From Dehalococcoidia bacterium (lineage in GTDB: Bacteria; Chloroflexota; Dehalococcoidia; GIF9; AB-539-J10), in the NCBI GenBank assembly GCA_049516035.1, contig JBEKTM010000001.1, positions 1 to 54,136 on the forward strand: a DNA stretch of 54,136 nucleotides, written 5' to 3'. A model generated the notes under the pieces. That model ran no database searches. It saw only the letters and a list, made by a program, of their open reading frames with translations, and was not told where the DNA came from. A program made the position numbers and the translations under genes. Positions 42,703 through 50,566 of this stretch are shown here, one piece after another (position 1 is the first letter of the stretch; every line of letters starts with the position of its first letter).

Positions 42703-43059
42703 ATGTCTTTCAAACTTATGAACGCTCTCGAGCAGGTGGGCCAAATTGCAGCTGCGGGGTACGGGGATAAGGCCTTCCTTGGCGCTGTTCTTGGTTTTAT
42801 AAAGGACGTGACTCCCGCCCAGCTTTACACCTTGATTGTTAATGATGTTGATTTAATAGGTCCGGTGAACGAAGATACCTGGGACATGGTTAAGAGGTTT
42901 ACCGGATCGATTAATATCAATAAGGTTACGGTTGATTCCCTTCTGGATGAATTACGTAGCAGCCGGTTAGACTTGATGGGGATTATTATAAATACGCCGG
43001 GTGGCGAAAGGTGGATTTCGGTTCAGCTGGAGCGGGTGAAGGCAAAATTAAAAAATTAA
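42703..43059 (+). CDS. Hypothetical protein
   Basis: 118-aa ORF. Confidence 0.55.
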   Translation: MSFKLMNALEQVGQIAAAGYGDKAFLGAVLGFIKDVTPAQLYTLIVNDVDLIGPVNEDTWDMVKRFTGSININKVTVDSLLDELRSSRLDLMGIIINTPGGERWISVQLERVKAKLKN

Positions 43060-43069
43060 ATAGATTTAT
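43058..43069 (+). repeat. 12-bp direct repeat AAATAGATTTAT (left copy)
   Basis: Identical copy at 43209..43220. The pair brackets the Fur-box, terminator, palindrome and promoter segment. Confidence 0.8.
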
Positions 43070-43077
43070 TTTAATAT

Positions 43078-43092
43078 TGATAATCATTATCA
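43078..43092. promoter_or_regulatory. Fur-box-like 7-1-7 palindrome TGATAATCATTATCA
   Basis: Exact match to the TGATAATnATTATCA motif. The extended 19-mer matches the classical GATAATGATAATCATTATC at 17 of 19 positions. Confidence 0.5.
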
Positions 43093-43135
43093 AAGGGGAA
43101 CGTGAATTATTTTACGTTCCCCTTTTTGTTTTTTG
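43093..43135 (+). terminator. Rho-independent terminator
   Basis: AAGGGGAACGT / ACGTTCCCCTT stem followed by TTTGTTTTTT. Confidence 0.8.
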
Positions 43136-43143
43136 AATGGAAA

Positions 43144-43159
43144 TATTTCTTAAGAAATA
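43144..43159. repeat. 16-bp perfect palindrome TATTTCTTAAGAAATA (copy 5)
   Basis: Lies between the terminator at 43093 and the late promoter at 43176. Confidence 0.9.
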
Positions 43160-43175
43160 AATTTTAAAGTGCTTG

Positions 43176-43205
43176 TTGACATTTTATTGACTTAGTGCTT
43201 AAAAT
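43176..43205 (+). promoter_or_regulatory. Sigma70-like promoter candidate for the late/virion operon
   Basis: TTGACA, 18-nt spacer, TAAAAT. Confidence 0.55.
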
Positions 43206-43208
43206 TTC

Positions 43209-43220
43209 AAATAGATTTAT
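43209..43220 (+). repeat. 12-bp direct repeat AAATAGATTTAT (right copy)
   Basis: Identical to 43058..43069. Confidence 0.8.
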
Positions 43221-43236
43221 CCATTTGGAGATTTAA

Positions 43237-43575
43237 ATGGATTATGATAGTTTCCAGAGGATTTTGGATGCTCATGGAATATCAAATGAGCCAGCTTTTA
43301 AAGATCTTTCTGTAGAAATCGCGCCCATTCCTGCCGACGAAAACGGGAAAAGGGCGCTTGGTTTATATTTCCCCGAAGACAAACTTATCGTTATTCCCCC
43401 CGAACTTTCTCCTAATCCCGGTGCTATTGGCGAGTCAGTAGAACTGCATGAGCTCGGTCACCGGTTTGGCCATTATCATTACAACAATCTCACCGAACAA
43501 TTTGCCGAAGATTACCGTCAAAAGTATCAGGGCAAGCTCGAGTACCATTTCCACGAAAACAACGTGGTAACTTGA
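43237..43575 (+). CDS. Minimal metzincin-motif metallopeptidase-like protein
   Basis: HELGHRFGHYH is an exact HExxHxxGxxH match. First gene after the late promoter. Stop codon is TGA, in frame with the next ORF. Confidence 0.5.
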   Translation: MDYDSFQRILDAHGISNEPAFKDLSVEIAPIPADENGKRALGLYFPEDKLIVIPPELSPNPGAIGESVELHELGHRFGHYHYNNLTEQFAEDYRQKYQGKLEYHFHENNVVT

Positions 43576-43599
43576 GTTGCCGGATACAAGGAGGCTGCC

Positions 43600-44130
43600 A
43601 TGATGCAGGTTGCACCGGCACTGGTTAAAGCGAGCCCGTGTGATTATTGCCACGCTCCGGAGAGGCTATGCCCGTTTTGTAAATTTGGCGGGCGGCCCGT
43701 GAGCGTTGGTTTTGGCCCTGGTATTTCTGTTGCGGATGTCGCGGTTATTACTGGCCAAATACAGAAAGTTGAGATCATGTGGAATGGCCAGTCGGTTACA
43801 AAAGTCCCGGTCGGCCAAAATTTTAATATTAGGGCAACGATCGTGGCAAATAATCCTGGTGGGGGTTTCTGGCAGATCGGCCTTACGGTAATCGAGATTC
43901 CAGCGACAGGGCAAGCAACTGGCCAGGGGGAAGTTGCTAATCTTGGTACATTCGCAAATAGCACAATTGGTAAAAATAATGGCATTTCCACCGGGATAGG
44001 ATCGGGATATTTTGATATAACCGATCTCGGGTCTTTTGTCATGCCAAACACAGATTTGAGGTTAAGGGTCAAACTGTGGGGTTATCCGTTCCAGGATACC
44101 AGCGTATTACCTGATAGGAGCGCCTGGTAA
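43600..44130 (+). CDS. Hypothetical protein (Cys-rich N-terminus plus beta-sandwich-like C-terminus)
   Basis: AAGGAGG RBS. CDYC...CPFC motif. Confidence 0.6.
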   Translation: MMQVAPALVKASPCDYCHAPERLCPFCKFGGRPVSVGFGPGISVADVAVITGQIQKVEIMWNGQSVTKVPVGQNFNIRATIVANNPGGGFWQIGLTVIEIPATGQATGQGEVANLGTFANSTIGKNNGISTGIGSGYFDITDLGSFVMPNTDLRLRVKLWGYPFQDTSVLPDRSAW

Positions 44131-45162
44131 ATGTCCGAGTTTGGTACTTATACCAGCATTGTCGGTGTTTCTTTGCCCAGCAGCGCCAAAGCTGGCGATA
44201 CCGTTCATGTGGCCATTACGATTCAAAACATCTGGACGTCGCCCGTCAATATTCAAGCAATCATCAATGCAAGTGCTCCGATAAACGGTGCTAATGGAAG
44301 CCCGACAATCGTAATCGGAGATCAAAACGTTCCTCTCTACGGTTCTTACACGTATGAGACCGACATGGTAATGCCGGATCAAAGTGTTACTCTCCATATT
44401 CGCTCACTTGTCTGGGATGGCACAGAGTATTTCGACGATGCGGATGAGTATGTTGGAATTTCCCTTGGTACAGCGCCCACTCCAGTGCAATGGCAACCGC
44501 TTGACGAAGTCGCGGTCGCGGTTCCTTTGGCCGTTTCGGGCGGCTGGCAGTTGCTAAATGAAATTGCCGTTGTGGTTCCGCGAGATCTTTCTGTTGTGGG
44601 TGGATGGCGCCAGTTGGATGAGAAAACGGCATTTACTGGACAGGGGATCGATTGGAGCTCCTTTAAGCTTGTTGAGCATGCCGATTTTCCTGATACCAAT
44701 ACTTACAAAGGGGCGGCTCAGGAATGCGATTTTTATTTTGAAGCTCCCTCAATACTCCCCTCAGTTCCATTTGCGAAAGATTTATTGATCGATGCTTTCA
44801 CCTTTCAATTAAATACAAAAAATGCAGCCCCACTGTCTATTGATATTTATCAGGGATCAGGGTCTTTATTGTCCAGTTATATTGTTAAGGTGGTTGCTTA
44901 TATAAAACCGTCAGTATATACAAATGCGGTCGGTTTCTTTGGCCTTGATGATGGGGTTGCATGGACAACAATTATTCTGGCGGCGCTTATCGTACTTGGA
45001 ATAATTGCCGCCACGTTTTTTGTTATTAAACTTATAGATCTAGTTTGGGGTCCTCCGGGTAAGCAGAATGCCGTCGCGACGGCGATTTGGCCGATAGCGA
45101 TTGGCGTGGTTGCGATTGTAGGAGGAATATTACTTTTATCTGGATCTAAGCAAAAAACATAG
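44131..45162 (+). CDS. Membrane-anchored protein (C-terminal TM helices)
   Basis: 343 aa. Two C-terminal hydrophobic helices (TTIILAALIVLGIIAATFFVI; IWPIAIGVVAIVGGILLL). Confidence 0.6.
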   Translation: MSEFGTYTSIVGVSLPSSAKAGDTVHVAITIQNIWTSPVNIQAIINASAPINGANGSPTIVIGDQNVPLYGSYTYETDMVMPDQSVTLHIRSLVWDGTEYFDDADEYVGISLGTAPTPVQWQPLDEVAVAVPLAVSGGWQLLNEIAVVVPRDLSVVGGWRQLDEKTAFTGQGIDWSSFKLVEHADFPDTNTYKGAAQECDFYFEAPSILPSVPFAKDLLIDAFTFQLNTKNAAPLSIDIYQGSGSLLSSYIVKVVAYIKPSVYTNAVGFFGLDDGVAWTTIILAALIVLGIIAATFFVIKLIDLVWGPPGKQNAVATAIWPIAIGVVAIVGGILLLSGSKQKT

Positions 45163-45238
45163 GAGGTGAGGGTGTCAATGACATAGCTTGACAAACTAAC
45201 ATTTTCACCTTACCATGTTACTGTTATCTAAAATTTAA

Positions 45239-45296
45239 AGCCGGGGGGAGAAAATCTGACTTGCTTAAGAGTCAGGCCCCCCGGCTTTTCTTTTTT
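45239..45296 (+). terminator. Rho-independent terminator with nested stem
   Basis: GCCGGGGGG / CCCCCCGGC stem, inner CTGAC/GTCAG stem, then TTTTCTTTTTT. Confidence 0.75.
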
Positions 45297-45365
45297 GTAA
45301 GGGCAGATTTTCTCCCCAAAATTAAAACAGGAAATAATTTTCTAATAAATTGAGGAGGTTTTAAA

Positions 45366-45887
45366 ATGTCTAAGTGGACAATGATGGCGGCAGATGGCGG
45401 CGTTGGTCTTGTCGTCGGCGGTCTTGATTCATTCATCCAGGACAAGACGAATGATCAGATCATGACATTCAAGGCGAATCCCGCGAATGCCGGGAAAGAG
45501 CTCAGTATGTTGAGCCAGTACAGCACGTATTACAACTATGGTCTTCCGATTGTCTCGATCCTCGCCCTAGCTCTTGCCGGGAACTATTTCCCTGATGCCT
45601 GGCCGACCCGGATGATGGTTGCGTCCGGCCAGCTCGTTGGTCGCAAGGGTGGCCAACAGCTCATCGATTACAGCAAGACGACCAAGGCCGGCTATAGCGG
45701 CCCGCGCCAGTGGCATGAATATGGCGGCGCTGCGGCAGCTCAGCAGGCGGCGGCAGCCGCGGCAATGAGAGCGTCTGCGCATTATGATGCTTATGTTCCA
45801 CAGCCGAATCCCCAGCCGATCCAGACCGGGCCCCAGGTTCCGACCGTTCAGCCCCAGGGTCTCACCGGCATACGTGGCGAAACTTAA
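45366..45887 (+). CDS. Membrane / Ala-Gln-Pro-rich protein
   Basis: GAGGAGG RBS. Hydrophobic segments and an AAAAQQAAAAAA tract. Confidence 0.6.
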   Translation: MSKWTMMAADGGVGLVVGGLDSFIQDKTNDQIMTFKANPANAGKELSMLSQYSTYYNYGLPIVSILALALAGNYFPDAWPTRMMVASGQLVGRKGGQQLIDYSKTTKAGYSGPRQWHEYGGAAAAQQAAAAAAMRASAHYDAYVPQPNPQPIQTGPQVPTVQPQGLTGIRGET

Positions 45888-45948
45888 ACCTTAACAGTTC
45901 TACAACCTGACCATATAAAGTAAATATTTATTTTGGAGGTTTTATCAA

Positions 45949-46764
45949 ATGGGTCAAGTTTACAGGCTCTCAAAGAAGAATAAAAATCTGTATAATCCTG
46001 CGATTGAAAGTTTCTTCAGTCTCCCCTCGGATGAGAAACTCGCAGTTTCATCCGCCCTCATGAATCCTGGCAAACCTTCGGTAAACCAGGCCGTGGCGAG
46101 CATGACAGGGGATGAGCTCAATTCGCTCATCCTGAAGCTCGACATGACCTTCCAGTCCGATGTTTCGACCCCGATCGCCGATATGGTCGGTGAGGAATCG
46201 GAGTCCGTTGTTAACCTTATCCGCATCCTGGGCCACGCGGCTGGCGGTAACTCCGTGTTCGGCGGCATCCTGGCATCCGGCCAGCAGTTCGATATCTGGC
46301 CGCTCCGCCCGAAGGATGTCGGCGGACCGTTCCTTAACGGTGCCCTTGCCGCTGCCCTCGGTCTTTATGGCGGAGTTTCGGCTGGCGTCTTTACATGGAC
46401 ACAGCCGGGTGTTGTCGCTGGTGTCTTGCAGCACATCATCCCGCAGCAGACGACCAGCGGCCAGGCCCCCTTCGGTGGGCTCGTGATTTTCGGCGCCATC
46501 GAAAAGACCTATACGCCCAAGATCGAGTCCATCAGTCTGATTCTCCAGAATCAGATTGGCGCAGTCCCCTTCCAGCCGGTCGCAATGACCATGAAGAGGA
46601 CCTTCGGAGATGACAACGATCTCTCCGTATTCCGTCTGGAGAAGCCGGTCATCATCATCAACAACGAGAACTTCGGGGTCGATATCATGCCGAATGTTTC
46701 CGGCACCACGAACTTTGAGCTTGTTGCTGTCATGGCGGGGCAGGTTCAGAGCAAGATCTTCTAA
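45949..46764 (+). CDS. Hypothetical virion protein (capsid-module candidate)
   Basis: 271 aa with GGAGG RBS. Lies in a terminator-bounded block with the twin 244-aa genes. Confidence 0.6.
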   Translation: MGQVYRLSKKNKNLYNPAIESFFSLPSDEKLAVSSALMNPGKPSVNQAVASMTGDELNSLILKLDMTFQSDVSTPIADMVGEESESVVNLIRILGHAAGGNSVFGGILASGQQFDIWPLRPKDVGGPFLNGALAAALGLYGGVSAGVFTWTQPGVVAGVLQHIIPQQTTSGQAPFGGLVIFGAIEKTYTPKIESISLILQNQIGAVPFQPVAMTMKRTFGDDNDLSVFRLEKPVIIINNENFGVDIMPNVSGTTNFELVAVMAGQVQSKIF

Positions 46765-46794
46765 TCGAGAGTTAGGGTAAGGAGGAGATATAAA

Positions 46795-47529
46795 ATGAAT
46801 AAAATGTCATCTCTATTTGGCCCTACCCTCGATAACTACGGACAGTGCGAGGTAGTGCTGGGCGATTTTGATGAACCGGCCAGAGATTATTTTGACCGGC
46901 TTATCACCAATACGGCGACAGGTGGCGGTACGGCTGTTCCTGAAACCAATACCCAGGGTTATGCGATCGGCCAGGTCATCACGATTCAGGATTCTCTGAA
47001 CCATGAAGATTTTACCATCGCCGCGATTACGCCTGCTACCCAGCTCACCGCTGCTGCCAACCTGACAAATACCTATACTGTTGCCAGGGGTGGTAAGCTG
47101 ACGGTCAAAAAGTATGCGGCAGCCCGCGTCAATGCCTATATGGCCAATCCCTTCACCGCGTCTTTGAGTTTCGGTTTACAGGTTCTTCTCGCTAAACCGC
47201 TTCTCATCAATGGCACCATCGCTCTTGCTTTGACCCAGGGTGAATTGGTGACCGGCGGCACTTCCGCCGCAACTGGTCGTGTTATTGCTCAGACAGCGAC
47301 ATCGGTTACCGTTTTTCCGATTTTCGGTACGTTCGTTGCGGGCGAGACACTGACCGGTTTCACTTCCGGCCGCACGGTTACCGGTATCGTTCTTTTTGGT
47401 AATATCCAGCAAACAGCACTTATCACTATCGAGAAAGTCGATATTAACGCCGGCGCCCTGAGATGGCAGGTCGCTACCACCGCCAATGTTGCAGGGATGC
47501 TGCTTACCGTTGAAGCGGATGAATTGTAG
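46795..47529 (+). CDS. Virion protein, twin paralog A (244 aa)
   Basis: AAGGAGG RBS. More than half of positions are identical by eye to 47545..48279. Confidence 0.7.
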   Translation: MNKMSSLFGPTLDNYGQCEVVLGDFDEPARDYFDRLITNTATGGGTAVPETNTQGYAIGQVITIQDSLNHEDFTIAAITPATQLTAAANLTNTYTVARGGKLTVKKYAAARVNAYMANPFTASLSFGLQVLLAKPLLINGTIALALTQGELVTGGTSAATGRVIAQTATSVTVFPIFGTFVAGETLTGFTSGRTVTGIVLFGNIQQTALITIEKVDINAGALRWQVATTANVAGMLLTVEADEL

Positions 47530-47544
47530 GGACGGGGGTGTAAA

Positions 47545-48279
47545 ATGATTAAATCTATAGCCCTGATTGGCCCTACGCTCGACGCCTTCGGTCAGTTTGA
47601 GGCATCACTCGGCGAGTTTGACAGGGCTGTTAGCGAATACTTCGACCGGCTTATTACCGGTACTGTAACAGCAGGTGTCGGTACTATTCCGGAGACCAAT
47701 ACACAGGGTTACGCAGTTGGTCAGGTGCTTACTCTTCAGGACTCGGCTAATCATGAGGACCTTACCGTCTCTGCGATTACCTCGGGTGTATCACTTACCA
47801 CTCTTACTAACCCGGTGAATTCCTATACCGTTGCCCGTGGCGGTAAGATAACAGTCAAAAAATATGCGGCTCCAAAGTGTGCTGTTTTCATGGGGAATCC
47901 GTTTACGGCTACCCTTGATTTCGGCACACAGATCCTTGTCGCAAAACCGCTCCGTATCGCCGGCACTATTGCTCTCGTTTTAACCCAGGGTGAAATCGTG
48001 ACCGGCAGTGTTTCTGGCGCAACTGGTCGGGTTGTCGGAATGGGCGCAAACTATCTCAATGTCTTTCCGATCTCCGGTACATTTGTTAACGGTGAAACAT
48101 TGACCGGTACCACTTCCACTCGCACATTAACCGGTGCCGTTATCTTCGGCGAGATTGAGCAAACAGCCCTGGTTACAGTTGAGGAAGTAAGTGATGTTGG
48201 CCCAGGTACTCTTACTTGGGCGGTTGCTGTTACGGCGGATGTTGCGGGGATGCTGTTCACCATCAGGGCGGACGAATAG
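47545..48279 (+). CDS. Virion protein, twin paralog B (244 aa)
   Basis: Same length and collinear similarity to 46795..47529. Followed by a GC hairpin. Confidence 0.7.
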   Translation: MIKSIALIGPTLDAFGQFEASLGEFDRAVSEYFDRLITGTVTAGVGTIPETNTQGYAVGQVLTLQDSANHEDLTVSAITSGVSLTTLTNPVNSYTVARGGKITVKKYAAPKCAVFMGNPFTATLDFGTQILVAKPLRIAGTIALVLTQGEIVTGSVSGATGRVVGMGANYLNVFPISGTFVNGETLTGTTSTRTLTGAVIFGEIEQTALVTVEEVSDVGPGTLTWAVAVTADVAGMLFTIRADE

Positions 48280-48302
48280 AACCTTTCCAGTTTAATAGAA
48301 AT

Positions 48303-48333
48303 GGCCCGGTTATCCTCCCAGGGTAGCCGGGCC
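48303..48333 (+). terminator. GC hairpin after the twin-paralog genes (weak T-tract)
   Basis: GGCCCGG / CCGGGCC stem. Confidence 0.4.
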
Positions 48334-48387
48334 GGTATTTAAATCACGTCTCTCTGAAAGAGATGAGAGAAATTTAGGAGGTTGACA

Positions 48388-49332
48388 GTGATTAGTGAAC
48401 TTTCCCCGTTGTTCCATGACGGTGTAGCCCTTATCCGGCCGGAAGATGCCCAGCTCAGAAAGCATAGCTGGGTAAGATTCTCGAAGAGATGGCCGAATGA
48501 TCTCAATAAGGGTGGATGGGCCTCCGGTCAGACATTTGTTGTGAGACAGGATACCGTTCTGGTTGACTATCCCGTTTCCAGGATCATCGTTGACCAGGAC
48601 TGGGCCGTCCTCGACCTCACAAATCAGAGCCTTCCGGCAATTCCGGGTGTGCCGCATCCGACTGCCTTCCAGGCGGGTACATTCCAGATGTACCCCGTAA
48701 ATCCCGATATCATCTATCAGATCTCTGTCGGGATGAAAAAGGGCGACTATTTCAACCAGCTACAGATATCGAGCCAGAGCCTCAATATCTATCAGCTCGG
48801 CTCTTCGGCGATTCCACCTGCTATGATCGATCCGGTTTATCGGTACTTGGGTGCGAAGTATCCCAAAGACTCCCCTTATAATAGCCCTACCTGGTTTTTA
48901 TATTCCATTTTGAACGCGCCTCAGATTCTTTTGAATGTGTTCATGGACGGCGGTGATACCATGGTCGGGGCTAACCACTATGGCAAGGCGACCATAGATT
49001 TCCGCGTCAATAAGGCCCAGCTCACCAATATCACACTTGCCAGCATCGCTGCGGTGAGTATTCCTTACGGGTCCAATCTTACCGTTGTTGTACCGAGCGG
49101 TAATGTCGCTTGTGTTTACGGCGGTCAGAAAGGAGATACCAGAATCACTGATTCGCGCGGGGGTGTTTCCGCCGTCGCAAACGGCCAGGAAACCGTAGTA
49201 CCTTCCGGATGGACGGTTCAGACCGGCTCCGGTTCCGCCCTCATTACCACCATGGAAGATGTCCGCCAGTGGCGGAGTATCCAGGAACGGGCTCTTTATA
49301 TCCCATTCTATGATGAGTTGAACGTATTTTGA
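48388..49332 (+). CDS. Hypothetical virion protein
   Basis: GTG 48388 lies 7 nt after TAGGAGG (the track starts at TTG 48382). Stop is TGA followed by a second in-frame TGA. Confidence 0.6.
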   Translation: MISELSPLFHDGVALIRPEDAQLRKHSWVRFSKRWPNDLNKGGWASGQTFVVRQDTVLVDYPVSRIIVDQDWAVLDLTNQSLPAIPGVPHPTAFQAGTFQMYPVNPDIIYQISVGMKKGDYFNQLQISSQSLNIYQLGSSAIPPAMIDPVYRYLGAKYPKDSPYNSPTWFLYSILNAPQILLNVFMDGGDTMVGANHYGKATIDFRVNKAQLTNITLASIAAVSIPYGSNLTVVVPSGNVACVYGGQKGDTRITDSRGGVSAVANGQETVVPSGWTVQTGSGSALITTMEDVRQWRSIQERALYIPFYDELNVF

Positions 49333-50191
49333 TCGTGAGGGAAATATTAAAAATGGGTTGTGATTGGAGTAGGGGATTAACCAAAGAAACTGATGAGAGA
49401 ATTGCCAAGCAAGCTCTCACAAAGACTAGATACATACCCCTAGATGAGTGCAAAAAACTCTATTGGGATGATCAATTTAGCCTTAGTGATATTGGTTTAA
49501 AGTTTCATATCTCTCCGTCAGCCTTATTCAATAAATTTTATGCTGCCGGGATTTCATTAAGAACAAAGAAAGATGCTTTAAATACTCAGCGTAGCATTGA
49601 GAAAAATCGAAAATTCAATAAAGAGAATCATAGTCTTGATGGACGCCGTCCGCAGGATTTAGGAATTCCGGGTTGGAATAAAGGTCTAACGAAAGATACT
49701 GACCCCAGAATTGCTGCTTATGCAATAAAGGAGTCAGTAACCATGTCTGGTAAACCGAACACATTCAAGGGGAAACATTTTACTTTACAACAGAAGAAGA
49801 ACTTGTCGGATGCGCATAAGAATGCTTCTCCTGAAACTATTAAAAAATGGATTAAAAATATGTCTAAAGCAGGTTGTAGCCCGAATAAGCTAGAATCAAA
49901 ACTAGAATCTCTTCTGGCACAGTTCTTTCCTAATGATTGGAAATACACAGGAGATGGCTCTTTCGTTATAGGTGGTTTATGCCCGGATTTCGTTAACATA
50001 AATGGGAAGAAGTCCGTAATAGAGTTATTCGGTGAACACTGGCATGAACTGGATGATGAGAATAAACGAAAGACTATTTTTGGTACTTATGGTTTTTCTG
50101 CCTTAGTTATCTGGGGGAAAGAAATGAAAAACCCCGATAATGTTGTAAATAAAATAAAGTCTAGTTTTTATATATACTAAGGAGGTAATTT
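49333..50191 (+). mobile_element. Candidate free-standing homing-endonuclease insertion in the structural operon
   Basis: A single nuclease-like gene with a compositional drop, lying between two virion genes. Confidence 0.45.
49353..50180 (+). CDS. Homing-endonuclease-like protein (duplicated GLTK[ED]TD.RIA motif plus Vsr/DUF559-type PD-(D/E)xK C-terminus)
   Basis: RGLTKETDERIAKQA and WNKGLTKDTDPRIAAYA repeats. C-terminal CPDFVNINGKKSVIELFGEHWH...VIWGKE. The segment is visibly AT-richer. Confidence 0.55.
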   Translation: MGCDWSRGLTKETDERIAKQALTKTRYIPLDECKKLYWDDQFSLSDIGLKFHISPSALFNKFYAAGISLRTKKDALNTQRSIEKNRKFNKENHSLDGRRPQDLGIPGWNKGLTKDTDPRIAAYAIKESVTMSGKPNTFKGKHFTLQQKKNLSDAHKNASPETIKKWIKNMSKAGCSPNKLESKLESLLAQFFPNDWKYTGDGSFVIGGLCPDFVNINGKKSVIELFGEHWHELDDENKRKTIFGTYGFSALVIWGKEMKNPDNVVNKIKSSFYIY

Positions 50192-50545
50192 ATGGCTACG
50201 GCAAGGTGTAGCGCGAATTTGGTAGTTCAACCACTCTTTTCAACACCGCTGCACATGAAGGCGATTATCGATGATATCGATATTGATAATCAGGGTGCAA
50301 GCGGTTCCATTACCGTGCAGCTCGAAGATGATTTCACCCAGGATATCTCAGCCCATGTCGCGGCGCCGGTCGCAAGGTCGGCATTCCCGTTCCAGACGAC
50401 CGTTGCTCAGAACGCATCGTTCTCGGCTGACGAGGACAGCATGGGCGAAGATCATGAAGATACAGTTGGGCTCGGCAATGTCGGCGTGATATGCAGCGCC
50501 ACCGATGCAGGCTGTACGATCGTGATTAAATATCATTTTATTTAA
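50192..50545 (+). CDS. Hypothetical protein
   Basis: 117 aa with AAGGAGG RBS. Confidence 0.6.
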   Translation: MATARCSANLVVQPLFSTPLHMKAIIDDIDIDNQGASGSITVQLEDDFTQDISAHVAAPVARSAFPFQTTVAQNASFSADEDSMGEDHEDTVGLGNVGVICSATDAGCTIVIKYHFI

Positions 50546-50566
50546 ATAGCCGGGAAGGAGGGTAAG

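Noticed and set aside
10829-43159. A CRISPR array or other tandem repeat-spacer structure formed by the TATTTCTTAAGAAATA copies.
   Set aside because: The copies are kilobases apart, sit at gene boundaries and are palindromic 16-mers. There is no regular short spacing and no cas genes.
9998-49332. Global reassignment of TGA (genetic code 4 or 25-like) as the explanation for the in-frame TGAs.
   Set aside because: TGA is the stop of several well-supported genes (9692..10000, 35035..36633, 43237..43575, 48388..49332). Almost all long ORFs are uninterrupted under the standard code. Any decoding must be site-specific (Sec or readthrough), or the sites are mutations.
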